Virus record (IMG/VR): IMGVR_UViG_3300021440_000013
Location: 62,001 to 126,000 of that record
Length of the DNA stretch: 64,000 bases
Strand: one strand, 5' to 3'
Shown here: in pieces, positions 18,542 through 28,970 of the stretch
Numbering within the stretch: the stretch's first letter is position 1
Layout: every line of letters starts with the position of its first letter
Translations under genes and position numbers: made by a program
The notes under the pieces: model-generated
Seen by the model: only the letters and a program-made list of their open reading frames with translations
Database searches by the model: none
Told to the model about the DNA's origin: nothing

Positions 18542-19690
18542 GTGAAAACGATAGTTCGAGGTTACAAATATACGCTTAAACCTAATGCAAGTCAAATCAA
18601 AATACTTGACAGCATGCTTCGGGACTGTCGAAGCTTTAGGAACCGCGTGTTACGCTTCATTAAAAAGCGTCGCTCAACGAGCCTTGACTGGCACAAAGAG
18701 TTCGATATCAAGAAAGTCGTGAAGATTGGTGAGATCATTAAGTATCTCCACTTTCAAAACACGAAAGTGCCAGGGCGTGCGCTTACGACGGTATGCGAAC
18801 TTCTCCATAGCCAACACAAAGCCACGGATCTACTCAAACAAAAACCCCCTATGTATAAGGGTTTGGAGTCAGAGTATGCCATCCATCTACCGCGTGAGTG
18901 TGTCAAGATCATTGACAATAAACTCTATATCACGGCTCTAGAGGACGCGCTCGATGTAAAATGGTCACGCGCCTTTGATACTGAGCGTATCGTAAAGGTG
19001 ATCATAAGTCGTAGTCGCTTTAATAAATACACCATCTCTTTTGATGTCCGCTGTGATGTAGAAGAAAACCATGGCGCAAGCGTAATCGGAATCGACGTCA
19101 ATGTCTCGGACGTGGTTGTGACTTCAAGCGGCATTAAGTTTCCAGCATCACCCATTCCTAAAGAAGTGGGCCAAAGGATCGATACATGGATCAAGATGCT
19201 GCCCCGCTTTAAATATAACTCTCGCGCTTATAGGAAAGTCATTCAAAGAATCCAAACCTTCACCAAGAAGGCAGACGCTATACGAACGACCTATTTTTAT
19301 AAGATCGCGCACCAGCTAGCCGATCAAGCTCATATCTTTGCGGTTGAACGACTTAACATCGCTAAAATCATCGTGAGTGCCCGCTATCAAAACTCCATCA
19401 CCATGTCCGCGTGGGGTCAGCTCAACTTGATCTTAAAGAATGTGGCGGAGAAGCGCAGAGTCATCATGGTTTACGCTGGACTCTATTTTCCGAGCACGCG
19501 CCTTGCGTCGTGCTGTGGGTATTTAAACTCGGAAGCTATCCCTACGAGCGTACGAGAATGGGACTGCCCAAACTGCGGGACGGTACTTGATCGTGATGTT
19601 AACGCCGCTGTCAATATCCGTAACTTCGCCATGGACAGCTTAAAGAAGTTTAAAGGTCAGATTGAAACTGTCGATTACGTTATCTGCTGA
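18542..19690 (+). CDS. tnpB: TnpB-family RNA-guided nuclease
   Basis: 'GYKYTLKPN' N-terminus, RuvC-I GIDVN, RuvC-II VERLN, Zn ribbon CCG..CPNCG, RuvC-III DRDVNAAVNI; start set at GTG 18542 by comparison with paralog. Confidence 0.9.
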   Translation: MKTIVRGYKYTLKPNASQIKILDSMLRDCRSFRNRVLRFIKKRRSTSLDWHKEFDIKKVVKIGEIIKYLHFQNTKVPGRALTTVCELLHSQHKATDLLKQKPPMYKGLESEYAIHLPRECVKIIDNKLYITALEDALDVKWSRAFDTERIVKVIISRSRFNKYTISFDVRCDVEENHGASVIGIDVNVSDVVVTSSGIKFPASPIPKEVGQRIDTWIKMLPRFKYNSRAYRKVIQRIQTFTKKADAIRTTYFYKIAHQLADQAHIFAVERLNIAKIIVSARYQNSITMSAWGQLNLILKNVAEKRRVIMVYAGLYFPSTRLASCCGYLNSEAIPTSVREWDCPNCGTVLDRDVNAAVNIRNFAMDSLKKFKGQIETVDYVIC

Positions 19691-19776
19691 GATGGGTTTG
19701 ATGCCCATCTCAGCCGTATGTTCTTTGCCTAGGTTTTCTTTTTGAAATCCAATGGATCTTTTCAAAGAGAATAAAA

Positions 19777-20073
19777 ATGAATCTAGAAAGAGAAGCGTAT
19801 CGAGGGATTGAACTTGATCGAGCTCGTGCGATGGCGATTATTAAATATCTTGAGAAGGGGTTGGGGGAATACCGGGATCATTATGTTTTAGACATAGATC
19901 GAGTAGGTGCCCTGATGCTTTATATCCGCCTTAAAGACGGAAGTATCGTTAACTGTGATTATTGTTATAAAGACACGGATCGACGTTTATTTTTTGACGT
20001 AAAAACAATCTACATTGACGCCACAGGGAATATCGCTGGTGTTAAATTCAGAGAGGGTGAAAATGCACAGTGA
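19777..20073 (+). CDS. Hypothetical protein
   Basis: ORF in operon. Confidence 0.55.
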   Translation: MNLEREAYRGIELDRARAMAIIKYLEKGLGEYRDHYVLDIDRVGALMLYIRLKDGSIVNCDYCYKDTDRRLFFDVKTIYIDATGNIAGVKFREGENAQ

Positions 20074-20668
20074 GAAAATATATGCGCGTATCGAAGAGGG
20101 AAAGATCGTGCAGTATCCCGTTACGATTGCGATGATTAATGAAAGAGCCAATCCGCTCGACACGTATTACCAGTGTTATTTCCCCGGTGAAGGCGATCAC
20201 CCTAACCCAACACTTTATCAGAAGATCGTTCAGACGCCTACGTTGATTGGCTCTGCGGTCTATATCGATGAAAAGCTCGTCAATAGAACCGTCGATGAGA
20301 TGTTTGCTTTACTCTTCGAGATGGCGGGGTCCGTGACAGAATCGGGTGAGCTCCAGCTTAACACGGCGCTCATCACATCCGATCTCATCGATGCGTTTGA
20401 GACGATCGTTAAGATCGTCGTACAAAAGATGTTGGATGATTTTGCTTTAACGCGGGGCTACGACGATATCAAGTCAGCGTGCGATTATGTTAACTCTAAG
20501 ATCCCGGAGTATAAAGCTGAGGCAATTCGCTGCATCGATCTCAGGGACGACGTCTGGCATAGCTTAACGACCTATATCAATGCGGTTAAAGCGGGCACGG
20601 AGCCTCCACCGATGGCGTGGAGTGATATCGCTGTCCATATCCCGCCCATCACGTGGGGTGATGTATGA
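20063..20668 (+). CDS. Tail fibre assembly-like protein (DUF4376-like)
   Basis: 'YARIEEGKIVQYPV', 'TRGYDDIKSACDY..S...Y..EA....RD.VW'; paralog of 5488-6096. Confidence 0.6.
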   Translation: MHSEKIYARIEEGKIVQYPVTIAMINERANPLDTYYQCYFPGEGDHPNPTLYQKIVQTPTLIGSAVYIDEKLVNRTVDEMFALLFEMAGSVTESGELQLNTALITSDLIDAFETIVKIVVQKMLDDFALTRGYDDIKSACDYVNSKIPEYKAEAIRCIDLRDDVWHSLTTYINAVKAGTEPPPMAWSDIAVHIPPITWGDV

Positions 20669-21489
20669 AACTTATTAAGACCGATGCGCTGCCTGTAACG
20701 CTCGAACCCAATTCGATCTATTTTGTAAAGTCGGTTAATTCAACGGTTATCCGGATTTACGCAACGGATAACATGGGCCAAGAAGCCTTTACTTCAGACA
20801 CGGCGGGTTTCACCTATGAAGCTTTTGTTCAGTATCTTAACGAGGCGCTCTCCACAAACACCAGTGTCGCGACACTCGACACACAGGGCTTTTTAAACAG
20901 CGGTATAAAGATTAATGGACAAGACACATCCCTTCTAGGGCCAACGGGTCTCGCTGTCTGGAAAGACAACGTTTCAAGTTTTGTGGTGAAGAACTTTGGT
21001 GGGGGTGGCAACCCTACCTTTGGTCCAGTTCTTGGCAACATTCAAGGCCTGATCTTTGCTAAAGACTCGATGAATCAGGTCTGGTGTGATTTTCATATCG
21101 ACCACGACATCGCTTTAGGCACTAAGATCTATCCACATGTCCACTACATGCCGATAAGTAATAATGGAGGTGTGGTGCGCTGGGGGATCGAATACTACAT
21201 CGCCAAGGGCCATCAGCAGCAAAAGTTTCAAGGCCCCTTTACGATCTATATTGAACAGACCATTCCGGTTAACAGCCTGGGTCTACACATGGTCGCTGAA
21301 GCCAGTGATGCCAGCGCGATTCTCTCGAGCGCCATCGAACCGGATTCGTTTGTTAAAACACGGGTGTTTAGAGACGCGCAGCACGTAAACGACACACATC
21401 CGAATAATATTCATGCCTGGTGTGCCGATCTTCATTACCAAGTCATTCGTGTCGGTACGAAAAACAAAGGACCTAATTTCTTCACATAA
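20665..21489 (+). CDS. Putative tail-associated protein
   Basis: 'LPVTLEPNSIYFVK' N-terminus seen in tail fibre-associated proteins; overlaps previous gene by ATGA. Confidence 0.45.
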   Translation: MKLIKTDALPVTLEPNSIYFVKSVNSTVIRIYATDNMGQEAFTSDTAGFTYEAFVQYLNEALSTNTSVATLDTQGFLNSGIKINGQDTSLLGPTGLAVWKDNVSSFVVKNFGGGGNPTFGPVLGNIQGLIFAKDSMNQVWCDFHIDHDIALGTKIYPHVHYMPISNNGGVVRWGIEYYIAKGHQQQKFQGPFTIYIEQTIPVNSLGLHMVAEASDASAILSSAIEPDSFVKTRVFRDAQHVNDTHPNNIHAWCADLHYQVIRVGTKNKGPNFFT

Positions 21490-21602
21490 AACTCACGAGG
21501 ATAGGGTATAGGTCCCTATCCTCGTAGATTCTTTTCAAAACATCAAATGGATTAAGAGGGTATGTTTTAATCTTTTATATGTTCATTGACTGGAGCGCCA
21601 TC

Positions 21603-22778
21603 ATGCGTGTAATCAATCGCCACACCGCAAGCGAAGATGAGCTTGCAAAAAGTGTCTATGTGGGTCGAGGCACGCCGTTGGGTAACTGGTTTCCGACCGG
21701 AACAGAATACGGCGACAATGAAAATGTCGTTAAGTTATACCGCAGAAAGCTTGCGCGTAAGCTCATTTCACGTGACGCTAAGGTCGAGAATGCGCTTAGG
21801 GCATTGAATAAAGACAGCATCCTTGCGTGCTCCTGTAAACCTAAGGCCTGCCATGGGGATGTACTAATTGAGTTCTGGGAAAGGCTCTATGGGCAAGGAG
21901 GTTCTTATGAAGAGAACCTCCTTAAGCTAAGGCGCGATCTGGGTATCGAGGACTTTAACTACAGTCCAATTGATGATGGCGTTACCCACATCAACGTCTG
22001 GAGTAAGGGCCGGACTGAACTGGGTCGACTTCTAAGTAACTTTGCGCACACGCCCTTTAAACACCCGGAGTATGGCCATTTTGCTTCAGTAGAAGCCTTT
22101 TGGTACTGGTTGAGTTTGGGTCAAACCAACGATGAGCTGCGTGGCCTTCATGGCTTTCAATCAAAACAGGCCGGCAGGCTGATTCGTGATGAGGTTTTAA
22201 AGCATAGCAAGTTGCCCCATGTTGAAAACTTTGATGCAAAAATCAAAAAAGCCATCCTTTGTAAGATCGAACAAAACGATCACGTCAAAGAACTTCTTCG
22301 TTTAAGTGAACTGCCATTAACGCACTATTACGTCTGGGGAACATCTGAGAGCTATAAGCAGACCTATCCAGAAGAGTACGCATGGATCCACGAATACATC
22401 GCTGATGTGCGTGATTATCTTAAAGCTAAGGCGCACCGCTTAGTCATCGCGGGTTCTCGCTCGATCACGGATTTTAACGCATTAGAAAGAGCGTACCATG
22501 AAGCGAAGTTTAAAGCCATCGAGATCGTCTCGGGCCGGGCACCAGGTGTCGACACGTTAGGGGAGGTTTTAGCAAAAAAGCTTAAACTGCCCGTGGCGCT
22601 TTTTCCGGCAGACTGGGATGGCTTAGGAAAGCGGGCGGGCTTTATCAGAAATGAGGCGATGGCTGACTATGCAGACGCTGGGTTGATTCTCTGGGACGGG
22701 GTAAGCCCAGGCACTCAACACATGGTTAATGCGCTCAAAACGCGTAATAAACCCTTTAAACTCATCACCATTAAGTGA
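21603..22778 (+). CDS. DUF4326 / NADAR-like / SLOG (YspA-like) three-domain fusion
   Basis: VYVGRGTPLGN..LACSCKPKACHGDVL; HINVWSKG.TELGRLLSNFAHTPF..FASVEAFW; LVIAGSR..IVSGRAPGVD..ADW..GKRAGFIRN..WDG.S.GT.HM. Confidence 0.7.
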   Translation: MRVINRHTASEDELAKSVYVGRGTPLGNWFPTGTEYGDNENVVKLYRRKLARKLISRDAKVENALRALNKDSILACSCKPKACHGDVLIEFWERLYGQGGSYEENLLKLRRDLGIEDFNYSPIDDGVTHINVWSKGRTELGRLLSNFAHTPFKHPEYGHFASVEAFWYWLSLGQTNDELRGLHGFQSKQAGRLIRDEVLKHSKLPHVENFDAKIKKAILCKIEQNDHVKELLRLSELPLTHYYVWGTSESYKQTYPEEYAWIHEYIADVRDYLKAKAHRLVIAGSRSITDFNALERAYHEAKFKAIEIVSGRAPGVDTLGEVLAKKLKLPVALFPADWDGLGKRAGFIRNEAMADYADAGLILWDGVSPGTQHMVNALKTRNKPFKLITIK

Positions 22779-22852
22779 CACGTAGACAGCTAGGGCTAAA
22801 ACCCTAGCTGTCTATTTTTAGTTAAGGTATTTTTTATTCCACCCTGTAGATA

Positions 22853-23030
22853 TAGTAGCGAGAAGCTTCATCGCGCTACGCCGGCGTCCCACGGTAAAAA
22901 GTCGGGTTAACTCTCGAAAACAGGGATGGTTTTCCACAAAATGTAAAAACCGCTACACGCGGTGGCAACCGCGTGTAGCATCACCCTTAAATGTAAAAAC
23001 CACTACGTGAGAACTAAAAAGGTTTCTCAC
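22853..23030 (+). ncRNA. Putative TnpB guide RNA cassette (divergent)
   Basis: tagtagcg start, gttaactct, ggtttt/aaaacc stem, gctacacgcgg/ccgcgtgtagc hairpin then TCAC, closing hairpin. Confidence 0.55.
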
Positions 23031-23046
23031 CTACTTTATAAGGATT

Positions 23047-24198
23047 ATGAAAGAAAAAATACTCACTCGGGGGTACAAGTATCAAATACATCCGACACCC
23101 GAACAAGCTAAGCATCTTAACAAGGTAATGCGAGACTGTCGAAGTCTGCATAATCGTGTATTAAAGATGATGAAAGCCGCGCGCTCTACCATAAAGCCGT
23201 GGACAGAAGAGTTTAAGTTTGAAGATATCTTGCGTTATGGTGAGAGTCTAAAACACGGTGTCTTTAAAGGCTCGGTAGCACCTGGGCGTGTTCTAACCAA
23301 TGCTGTCGAAATTTTGTATCGACAGCATAAAGTGGTTGACCTTCTAAAACAGAGCGATCTGAAGTTTAAACGGCTTGACGGGTTTCACTCTGCCCATTAC
23401 CCGCGTGAACTGATTCGTGTTAATAACGACTTTCTTCACATAGCTGGCGTTGAGGGTGAGATCGCAATCTCAATGAGTCGTCCGTTGCCTTCACATGACT
23501 TTACGAAGGTGGTGATCTCCAGATCGAGCGAAGGACGCTACTACGCGTCGTTTAACGTGCGTGTAACGCCTCATGGTCTGCATGGAGATGAGGTTGTCGG
23601 GATCGATCTTGGTGTGATCGATCTAGCCGTCACGTCTTACGGTGAGAAGTTTAAAACAACGCCGCAGCCTGATGTCGTGATTAAACGTTTGTGTCGTTTT
23701 CACAGTCTTTTAAAAGAACACACACCTCTGTCATATGTGTGGCGCACACTTCACGCTAAGTTGTCTCGCTTTAAGCGTAAGGTCGTTAACCAACGAAATA
23801 CCCACTTCTGTCAGGTTGCCGCCTCGATTGTCAAGAAAGCCTCCGCGATCGCCTTAGAAAACCTTAACATCGTCAAGATGCTTTTGACGAGTAAGTATAG
23901 TCACGGCATCATGCAGTCTGCCTGGGACGGTTTTCAGAGAGTCTTAGTTGAAGCAGCACAAAGAGCCGATATCCCAGTGGGGTTTGTGGAAAGATTCTTT
24001 CCAAGCACGCGCCTTGCGTCATGCTGTGGTTATTTGCACCCACAGCCTATACCGACCTATTTTCGTGAATGGGAGTGTCCTGACTGCGGGGTCATCCTTG
24101 ACCGAGACATCAATGCAGCAATCAATCTTGAACGACGCTTTAACGCATGTTTAAACACACACGGCATCAAGGGTTTTAAAATAGTAAAACTAGACTAA
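23047..24198 (+). CDS. tnpB: TnpB-family RNA-guided nuclease
   Basis: GYKYQIHPT, GIDLG, LENLN, CCG..CPDCG, DRDINAAINL. Confidence 0.9.
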   Translation: MKEKILTRGYKYQIHPTPEQAKHLNKVMRDCRSLHNRVLKMMKAARSTIKPWTEEFKFEDILRYGESLKHGVFKGSVAPGRVLTNAVEILYRQHKVVDLLKQSDLKFKRLDGFHSAHYPRELIRVNNDFLHIAGVEGEIAISMSRPLPSHDFTKVVISRSSEGRYYASFNVRVTPHGLHGDEVVGIDLGVIDLAVTSYGEKFKTTPQPDVVIKRLCRFHSLLKEHTPLSYVWRTLHAKLSRFKRKVVNQRNTHFCQVAASIVKKASAIALENLNIVKMLLTSKYSHGIMQSAWDGFQRVLVEAAQRADIPVGFVERFFPSTRLASCCGYLHPQPIPTYFREWECPDCGVILDRDINAAINLERRFNACLNTHGIKGFKIVKLD

Positions 24199-24270
24199 GA
24201 GCGGGCACTAAAGCCCGCTCTTAGTCTTTCTAAAAGATTTTGACAGTATATATATTACTTGAGCGTGTAG

Positions 24271-24603
24271 ATGATTTCTTGGAGAAAGACTGTGGACGAC
24301 GTTACTGAAAAATTGAGCATCCTTGATGACGGCGCGAAAGTCGTTATCACGAACTGGAGGATCGAGCCTGAAGTCGGGCGCAATATCATCGTCAGCGGAA
24401 CACTAAACGGCAAGTATTGGTCAACCAACGCCATCAAACAATACTTGGTGGAAAACGGTAATCGTTTTATCATAACTGCCTCTGGGGCGGTCTTTAAACT
24501 GGTGGAAAGGAATCAGAGTAATTTGGAGGCTTCACTTAAGTTCTGGCGCTCAAGTGAGTTGAGCCGACTTAAAAAAATTGGTTTTTTTATAAACACCTAT
24601 TGA
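24271..24603 (+). CDS. Hypothetical protein (start probably GTG ~24292)
   Basis: Behind promoter motif at 24249. Confidence 0.55.
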   Translation: MISWRKTVDDVTEKLSILDDGAKVVITNWRIEPEVGRNIIVSGTLNGKYWSTNAIKQYLVENGNRFIITASGAVFKLVERNQSNLEASLKFWRSSELSRLKKIGFFINTY

Positions 24604-24621
24604 TCTAAGGAGAAACTGATC

Positions 24622-25017
24622 ATGAACTGGTTTACAAAGTCCTATGTGTCCGCTAGGACACTCGAAGCAAAGAAGGCGTTTGTCGCTGAGCATGGCGGCT
24701 GCGAGCATGTCGAGGCGGATCCTTCACTGCTCTTCTGTATCTCCTATGAGAACGACTCATTTGGCCGAGAAGGCTACTGCATGTGTGATGCATGTGACGA
24801 TCTCGCACTTGAGCAAGAAGACAACGAAGACGTTGTGTGTACTGATTGTAAAGGCACGTTCAAGAAAAAGGACACGCGGGAGTGGAGGTGGTACGACTTT
24901 TATGCCGCCCAAGGTGATGAACCCTATGTGTTGTGTGAGACGTGCAGGAGGGCTGAAAAACATCGAGAGCGTGTCAGGCGGGATGAGCGTGACCGCATCG
25001 ATGAGATGGGTGAGTAA
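24622..25017 (+). CDS. Cys-rich (Zn-binding) hypothetical protein
   Basis: Several CxxC pairs; RBS block identical to that of the 11368 gene. Confidence 0.6.
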   Translation: MNWFTKSYVSARTLEAKKAFVAEHGGCEHVEADPSLLFCISYENDSFGREGYCMCDACDDLALEQEDNEDVVCTDCKGTFKKKDTREWRWYDFYAAQGDEPYVLCETCRRAEKHRERVRRDERDRIDEMGE

Positions 25018-25049
25018 TAAAAACATGTTTCTAAGAAAATCTAACCCTA

Positions 25050-25112
25050 TATATCCTACTTGACAACACTCATTCGAGTGCTTGCACCCCTACGTCTAAG
25101 GAGACATGGACC
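25050..25112 (+). promoter_or_regulatory. Promoter + 5' hairpin + RBS leader, near-identical to 39749-39810
   Basis: tacttgacaacactcattcgagtgcttgca...acgtctaaggagacat shared by both copies. Confidence 0.7.
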
Positions 25113-26078
25113 ATGAACACCAACACCAACGCCACCACCACCAAGATCACCGCCGTAACCCACGGTGGTGTGTTCCATACTGACGAGCTCGTCGGCTTGG
25201 CCATCCTGGCCATTCGCGCCGGCGGCACCCAGAACATCGAGGTCTTCCGTTCACGGAGCCTCGACGTGATCACTGACATCGTCGAGAAGGGCGGCTACGC
25301 GCTCGATGTCGGCGGGGTGTATGAGCCCGTAAAGGGTCAGTACGACCATCACCAGCGTGGCGGTGCCGGAAACCGCGACAATGGCGTTCCCTACGCAACG
25401 GCAGGTCTGGTGTGGAAACACCACGCCGAAGAGGCGGTGGGTCACATCGCCTACTGCCTCGGCGTGGACTTGACCGCCGGCCAAATGGCGGCCATCATCG
25501 CCCGTGTCGACGACGAGCTGATCGCCGTCGTCGACAGCATCGACACCGGTCACAGCCGGGAGCGGATTGACAACCCGCTGAACATGGTGGTCAACGCCAT
25601 GAAGCCGAGTTGGCTGTCCTCGGCTTCAGGAGCGGCGCTGCGGGCGGCGTTTGACGCCGCCTACGTCGCGGCCTACCACTACCTCGGCGGGGTCATCGAA
25701 AATGCCATCGGGGACGCGATCGCTGAGGCTGAAGTCACCGCGGCGCTTGAGAAGGTCGAAGGCGACGTGTTGGTGCTGTCGCGCTTCATGCCGTGGCAGA
25801 AGGTCCTGAAGGACAACCCGGCTGCGCACCCGATCAACTGGGTGGTGTTCCAATCTCTGGAGGGGAATTGGAACATATCGGCGGTGCCGATGCCCGGTAC
25901 GTTCCGAGACAGCAAGCGGCTGCTCCCGGAAGCTTGGCGGGGGCTGAAGCCAGACGAACTGCTGGCCGTCAGTGGCATCGACGATATCGTGTTCTGTCAC
26001 CCCGCTGGTTTTATCGGTGGGGCGAAGAGCCAGGAAGGCGCCATCGCGATGGCAAAAGCTGCTAGCCTAGCGGCCTAA
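25113..26078 (+). CDS. MYG1-family (UPF0160) exonuclease
   Basis: THGGVFHTDE, DVGG.Y, YDHHQ, LPEAWRGL, FCHPAGFIGG motifs; visibly GC-rich. Confidence 0.9.
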   Translation: MNTNTNATTTKITAVTHGGVFHTDELVGLAILAIRAGGTQNIEVFRSRSLDVITDIVEKGGYALDVGGVYEPVKGQYDHHQRGGAGNRDNGVPYATAGLVWKHHAEEAVGHIAYCLGVDLTAGQMAAIIARVDDELIAVVDSIDTGHSRERIDNPLNMVVNAMKPSWLSSASGAALRAAFDAAYVAAYHYLGGVIENAIGDAIAEAEVTAALEKVEGDVLVLSRFMPWQKVLKDNPAAHPINWVVFQSLEGNWNISAVPMPGTFRDSKRLLPEAWRGLKPDELLAVSGIDDIVFCHPAGFIGGAKSQEGAIAMAKAASLAA

Positions 26079-26218
26079 CAGAGAAGAGAGGGGGTTTCAA
26101 AACCCCCTCTCTCTTTTTTCTTTGCAACTCTAAAGCAACGTGGTCTTTGTAAAAAAAGACTGTCACGTATATATTACATGCCAACCCTGCTAACACCGCG
26201 TTTCATTAAGGAAAAAGT

Positions 26219-26608
26219 ATGTTTTATATCAACAGCATCGATGTGTCGGCCAAAGAATACATCTGTCGTGAATACATCATGAAGGTGATGAATTGTGGTC
26301 ACCCGCTCTCACACGGTCGTGGCAAAGAAGTGGTGTATGCGATCATGAAAGTTTACCCTACGATCGTTGATCGTGATGAAACGACAAGCGATCTTCTCTA
26401 CGCGGCGGCTCTCGGATGTGAAAGTGATCTTCCAGTCGAGGAGATCGTAGCGACCACGCTCAAAGGTGGGGCGCTGGATGCGTTGTTTAACCATATCTAC
26501 AACACGGAGTTTGTGCAAAACATGGTGAACTCGGCCCAGAGCGTTCACGTCATGGCCGAGAGGGATGAGTCCGGTGAGATCGTTCCTGTCATAAAAACCC
26601 TCCAGTAA
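26219..26608 (+). CDS. Hypothetical protein
   Basis: Promoter motif and RBS upstream. Confidence 0.6.
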   Translation: MFYINSIDVSAKEYICREYIMKVMNCGHPLSHGRGKEVVYAIMKVYPTIVDRDETTSDLLYAAALGCESDLPVEEIVATTLKGGALDALFNHIYNTEFVQNMVNSAQSVHVMAERDESGEIVPVIKTLQ

Positions 26609-27261
26609 ACTTTCAAGAGCTTTTAAAATGGCCATAGTCCTCCGTGTTGTTAAAGAGGTCGTCAGAACATTCCCGACAGCGTCTCCTGAAAAGGTCATTA
26701 TGTCGATTGAATCCTATCGGAAGAACCGGAATAAAGGATCAACCGACTGGGAAGGGCGACGTGCTCAGTTTCAACGCATCCTTTCGATCGCTATTAAGAA
26801 TCGTCACCGTTAAAGGATCTACCTGGGGTATGGAACCCCAGGTAGATTTATGTGTATCTGTCTGATTGGTTGGAAGCCTTCCATAACCTTTACTTAAATT
26901 CTTCAAAATGAAGACCCTCATTATTTTTATCCGCAGCTTGTTTAAATTTAACGCTCCTCTCGGCGAATACACCGACATGGGGTATGAAGCAGCGGACACA
27001 CGGACCTTACATATATGAACCCTTTTAAAAGTCTGATCCGGCATTTTTTGAGTAAGCGAAAAACACCCGCTGTCATCGAAGAGATGCCGCACTATCGGCT
27101 AAAGACCCGGTGCCCTCGGTGTGGACAGATGGTGCGTGTGGGTCAGAGTCATCGAGACTCTGATGGCTTTGTCTGCCAAGATCGAATTAGGTAGCAGATA
27201 GCTCCCTTTTATTGATTTTAACCACCGATACGTTATCAATGAAAGATTTGAAAGGAGCGTC

Positions 27262-27669
27262 GTGAGCAGCAAATACTTTAGTCAAAAGAAACTTGATTTT
27301 TATAAGAGCAAACTGGGAGATCTGAGCTATACCGAGATTCTCAGTTTGCTTGAAGAAGCGAACCGTTTGATCGGTGAATTGGGCCCGTTTGATCCGGCGG
27401 TCGATTATTTCTACCGCCAGCGTGAAGCCTTTCAGCAATTTGCTGATTGTTTTTACTATGTCAATCCGGACGATGAGACCTATCGCGCACACTTGGTCAA
27501 GAAGACCATGTTGTATACAATCCATGGCGGTGAGATCAGGGAGGCCACTTCGTATGTACCTGTCTGGTATAAAGAAGGTTCGAGCGATTACCGTATCCGC
27601 TTAGCCTCCGGTGTCTATGAGCAGTACCCCGATATAGATCGGCGCTATATTGAAATTATATCCGTTTAA
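27262..27669 (+). CDS. Hypothetical protein
   Basis: AGGAG RBS. Confidence 0.6.
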   Translation: MSSKYFSQKKLDFYKSKLGDLSYTEILSLLEEANRLIGELGPFDPAVDYFYRQREAFQQFADCFYYVNPDDETYRAHLVKKTMLYTIHGGEIREATSYVPVWYKEGSSDYRIRLASGVYEQYPDIDRRYIEIISV

Positions 27670-27809
27670 AAAGAGTGGTGTATGTCCATGGTCTTTCGTG
27701 TACTCTTAGTTGCTTTGGTGATTTACGTCGTTCTCTCCATCTTTTCGGGAAAAGATGAGATTGTGGAGCGTGTTCGTAAAAGTATTCCTACGTCCGTTCG
27801 GGGTGAAGC

Positions 27810-28139
27810 ATGTCTGATATTGTTAACCAAGAGCTCTTAACGTCGTCGATCTTAGAGGATCGACCCACGACATTCGTTAACGCCGCATTGAGAGGTCATC
27901 TTGCACGGTATAGGTTCCGAACCTTCTACACGGTTGAACAAGGCAAAGAGATCTGGATTTGGAAGGGCTTTATAGAGGCTGAATGCGAGATCTTGGTTCC
28001 GGACCTTCATTATTCATCATCCACCTTTACGTCCGAGTACGCCGCGTTGAGCCATGCTCTTGAAATGATTAAGCATTACAAACTCTCCCCGATTGTCCAA
28101 AAGCCTGTACCGAATTCTCAAGACACCTGGTTCTACTAA
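27810..28139 (+). CDS. Hypothetical protein
   Basis: ORF in operon. Confidence 0.55.
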   Translation: MSDIVNQELLTSSILEDRPTTFVNAALRGHLARYRFRTFYTVEQGKEIWIWKGFIEAECEILVPDLHYSSSTFTSEYAALSHALEMIKHYKLSPIVQKPVPNSQDTWFY

Positions 28140-28195
28140 AAGGGTTTTTGAACTTTCAATGAAGCAAGGTTTTCATATTAACTGCCTAACTTACC

Positions 28196-28696
28196 ATGGC
28201 TAAATCAAAGAAACCCAAAAAGAAGTACCACCCCAGGGAGGTATTCATCCCTTCGATCCTAAACGCGCATTTCACGTTTCAGCCGTTTGAGGATGCACTC
28301 AAGCGGATGCTCGAGACCGGTGAGATGGAAGTCGATGAGGTCGGTATTCCGATCTATAAAGACACCTATGGGAAAGCGCAGTCGTTCGAATCCGGGCTTA
28401 AGATCTATATCCGTTTTATCTCGGTGTATTCTGAATGCATCGAGCTCAACATCAATACCAAGCCTTTCGAAGTGCTGATGAACGCACTTCGGGAAGGGTA
28501 TGTGGTCGATGAAGAAAACATCGAGGACGTGATGGTGTGTTTTAAAGCGTGCCGTGAACTCGTTGCGATCACGGCACCACGCACCATGACGCTTCTTATG
28601 CAGCAGGTGCGTAAGGAAATGAATGATGAGAAGATAGAACAGATCGCTCAGATAAATCAAAAACTTTACAGCGAGGAAATTGTCAAAAGTGCCTAA
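28196..28696 (+). CDS. Hypothetical protein
   Basis: 'MAKSKKPKKKYHPR' basic N-terminus. Confidence 0.6.
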   Translation: MAKSKKPKKKYHPREVFIPSILNAHFTFQPFEDALKRMLETGEMEVDEVGIPIYKDTYGKAQSFESGLKIYIRFISVYSECIELNINTKPFEVLMNALREGYVVDEENIEDVMVCFKACRELVAITAPRTMTLLMQQVRKEMNDEKIEQIAQINQKLYSEEIVKSA

Positions 28697-28970
28697 ACGC
28701 ACAGGGTGGGTTTAAGACCCACCCTGTGCCGTAAAAAGCCTAACAGACCAATAAAGACCCGTCGGGAACGATACTGTTTTAAAGGAACATTGTATGTGGT
28801 CGATCGAAGATTTTAAAAAGCTAGAAAAACCAGGAAGACCACCCTACTCTGGAGAAAGTTGAAAAAGAACTCTTGGATAAGATCCAAGAGAAAACACTCA
28901 TGTCTTAAAGATCTAATAGACAGGAGAGGGGTGTGAGACCCTCTCCTTTTTCTTTCCTAGGGGGAACATC

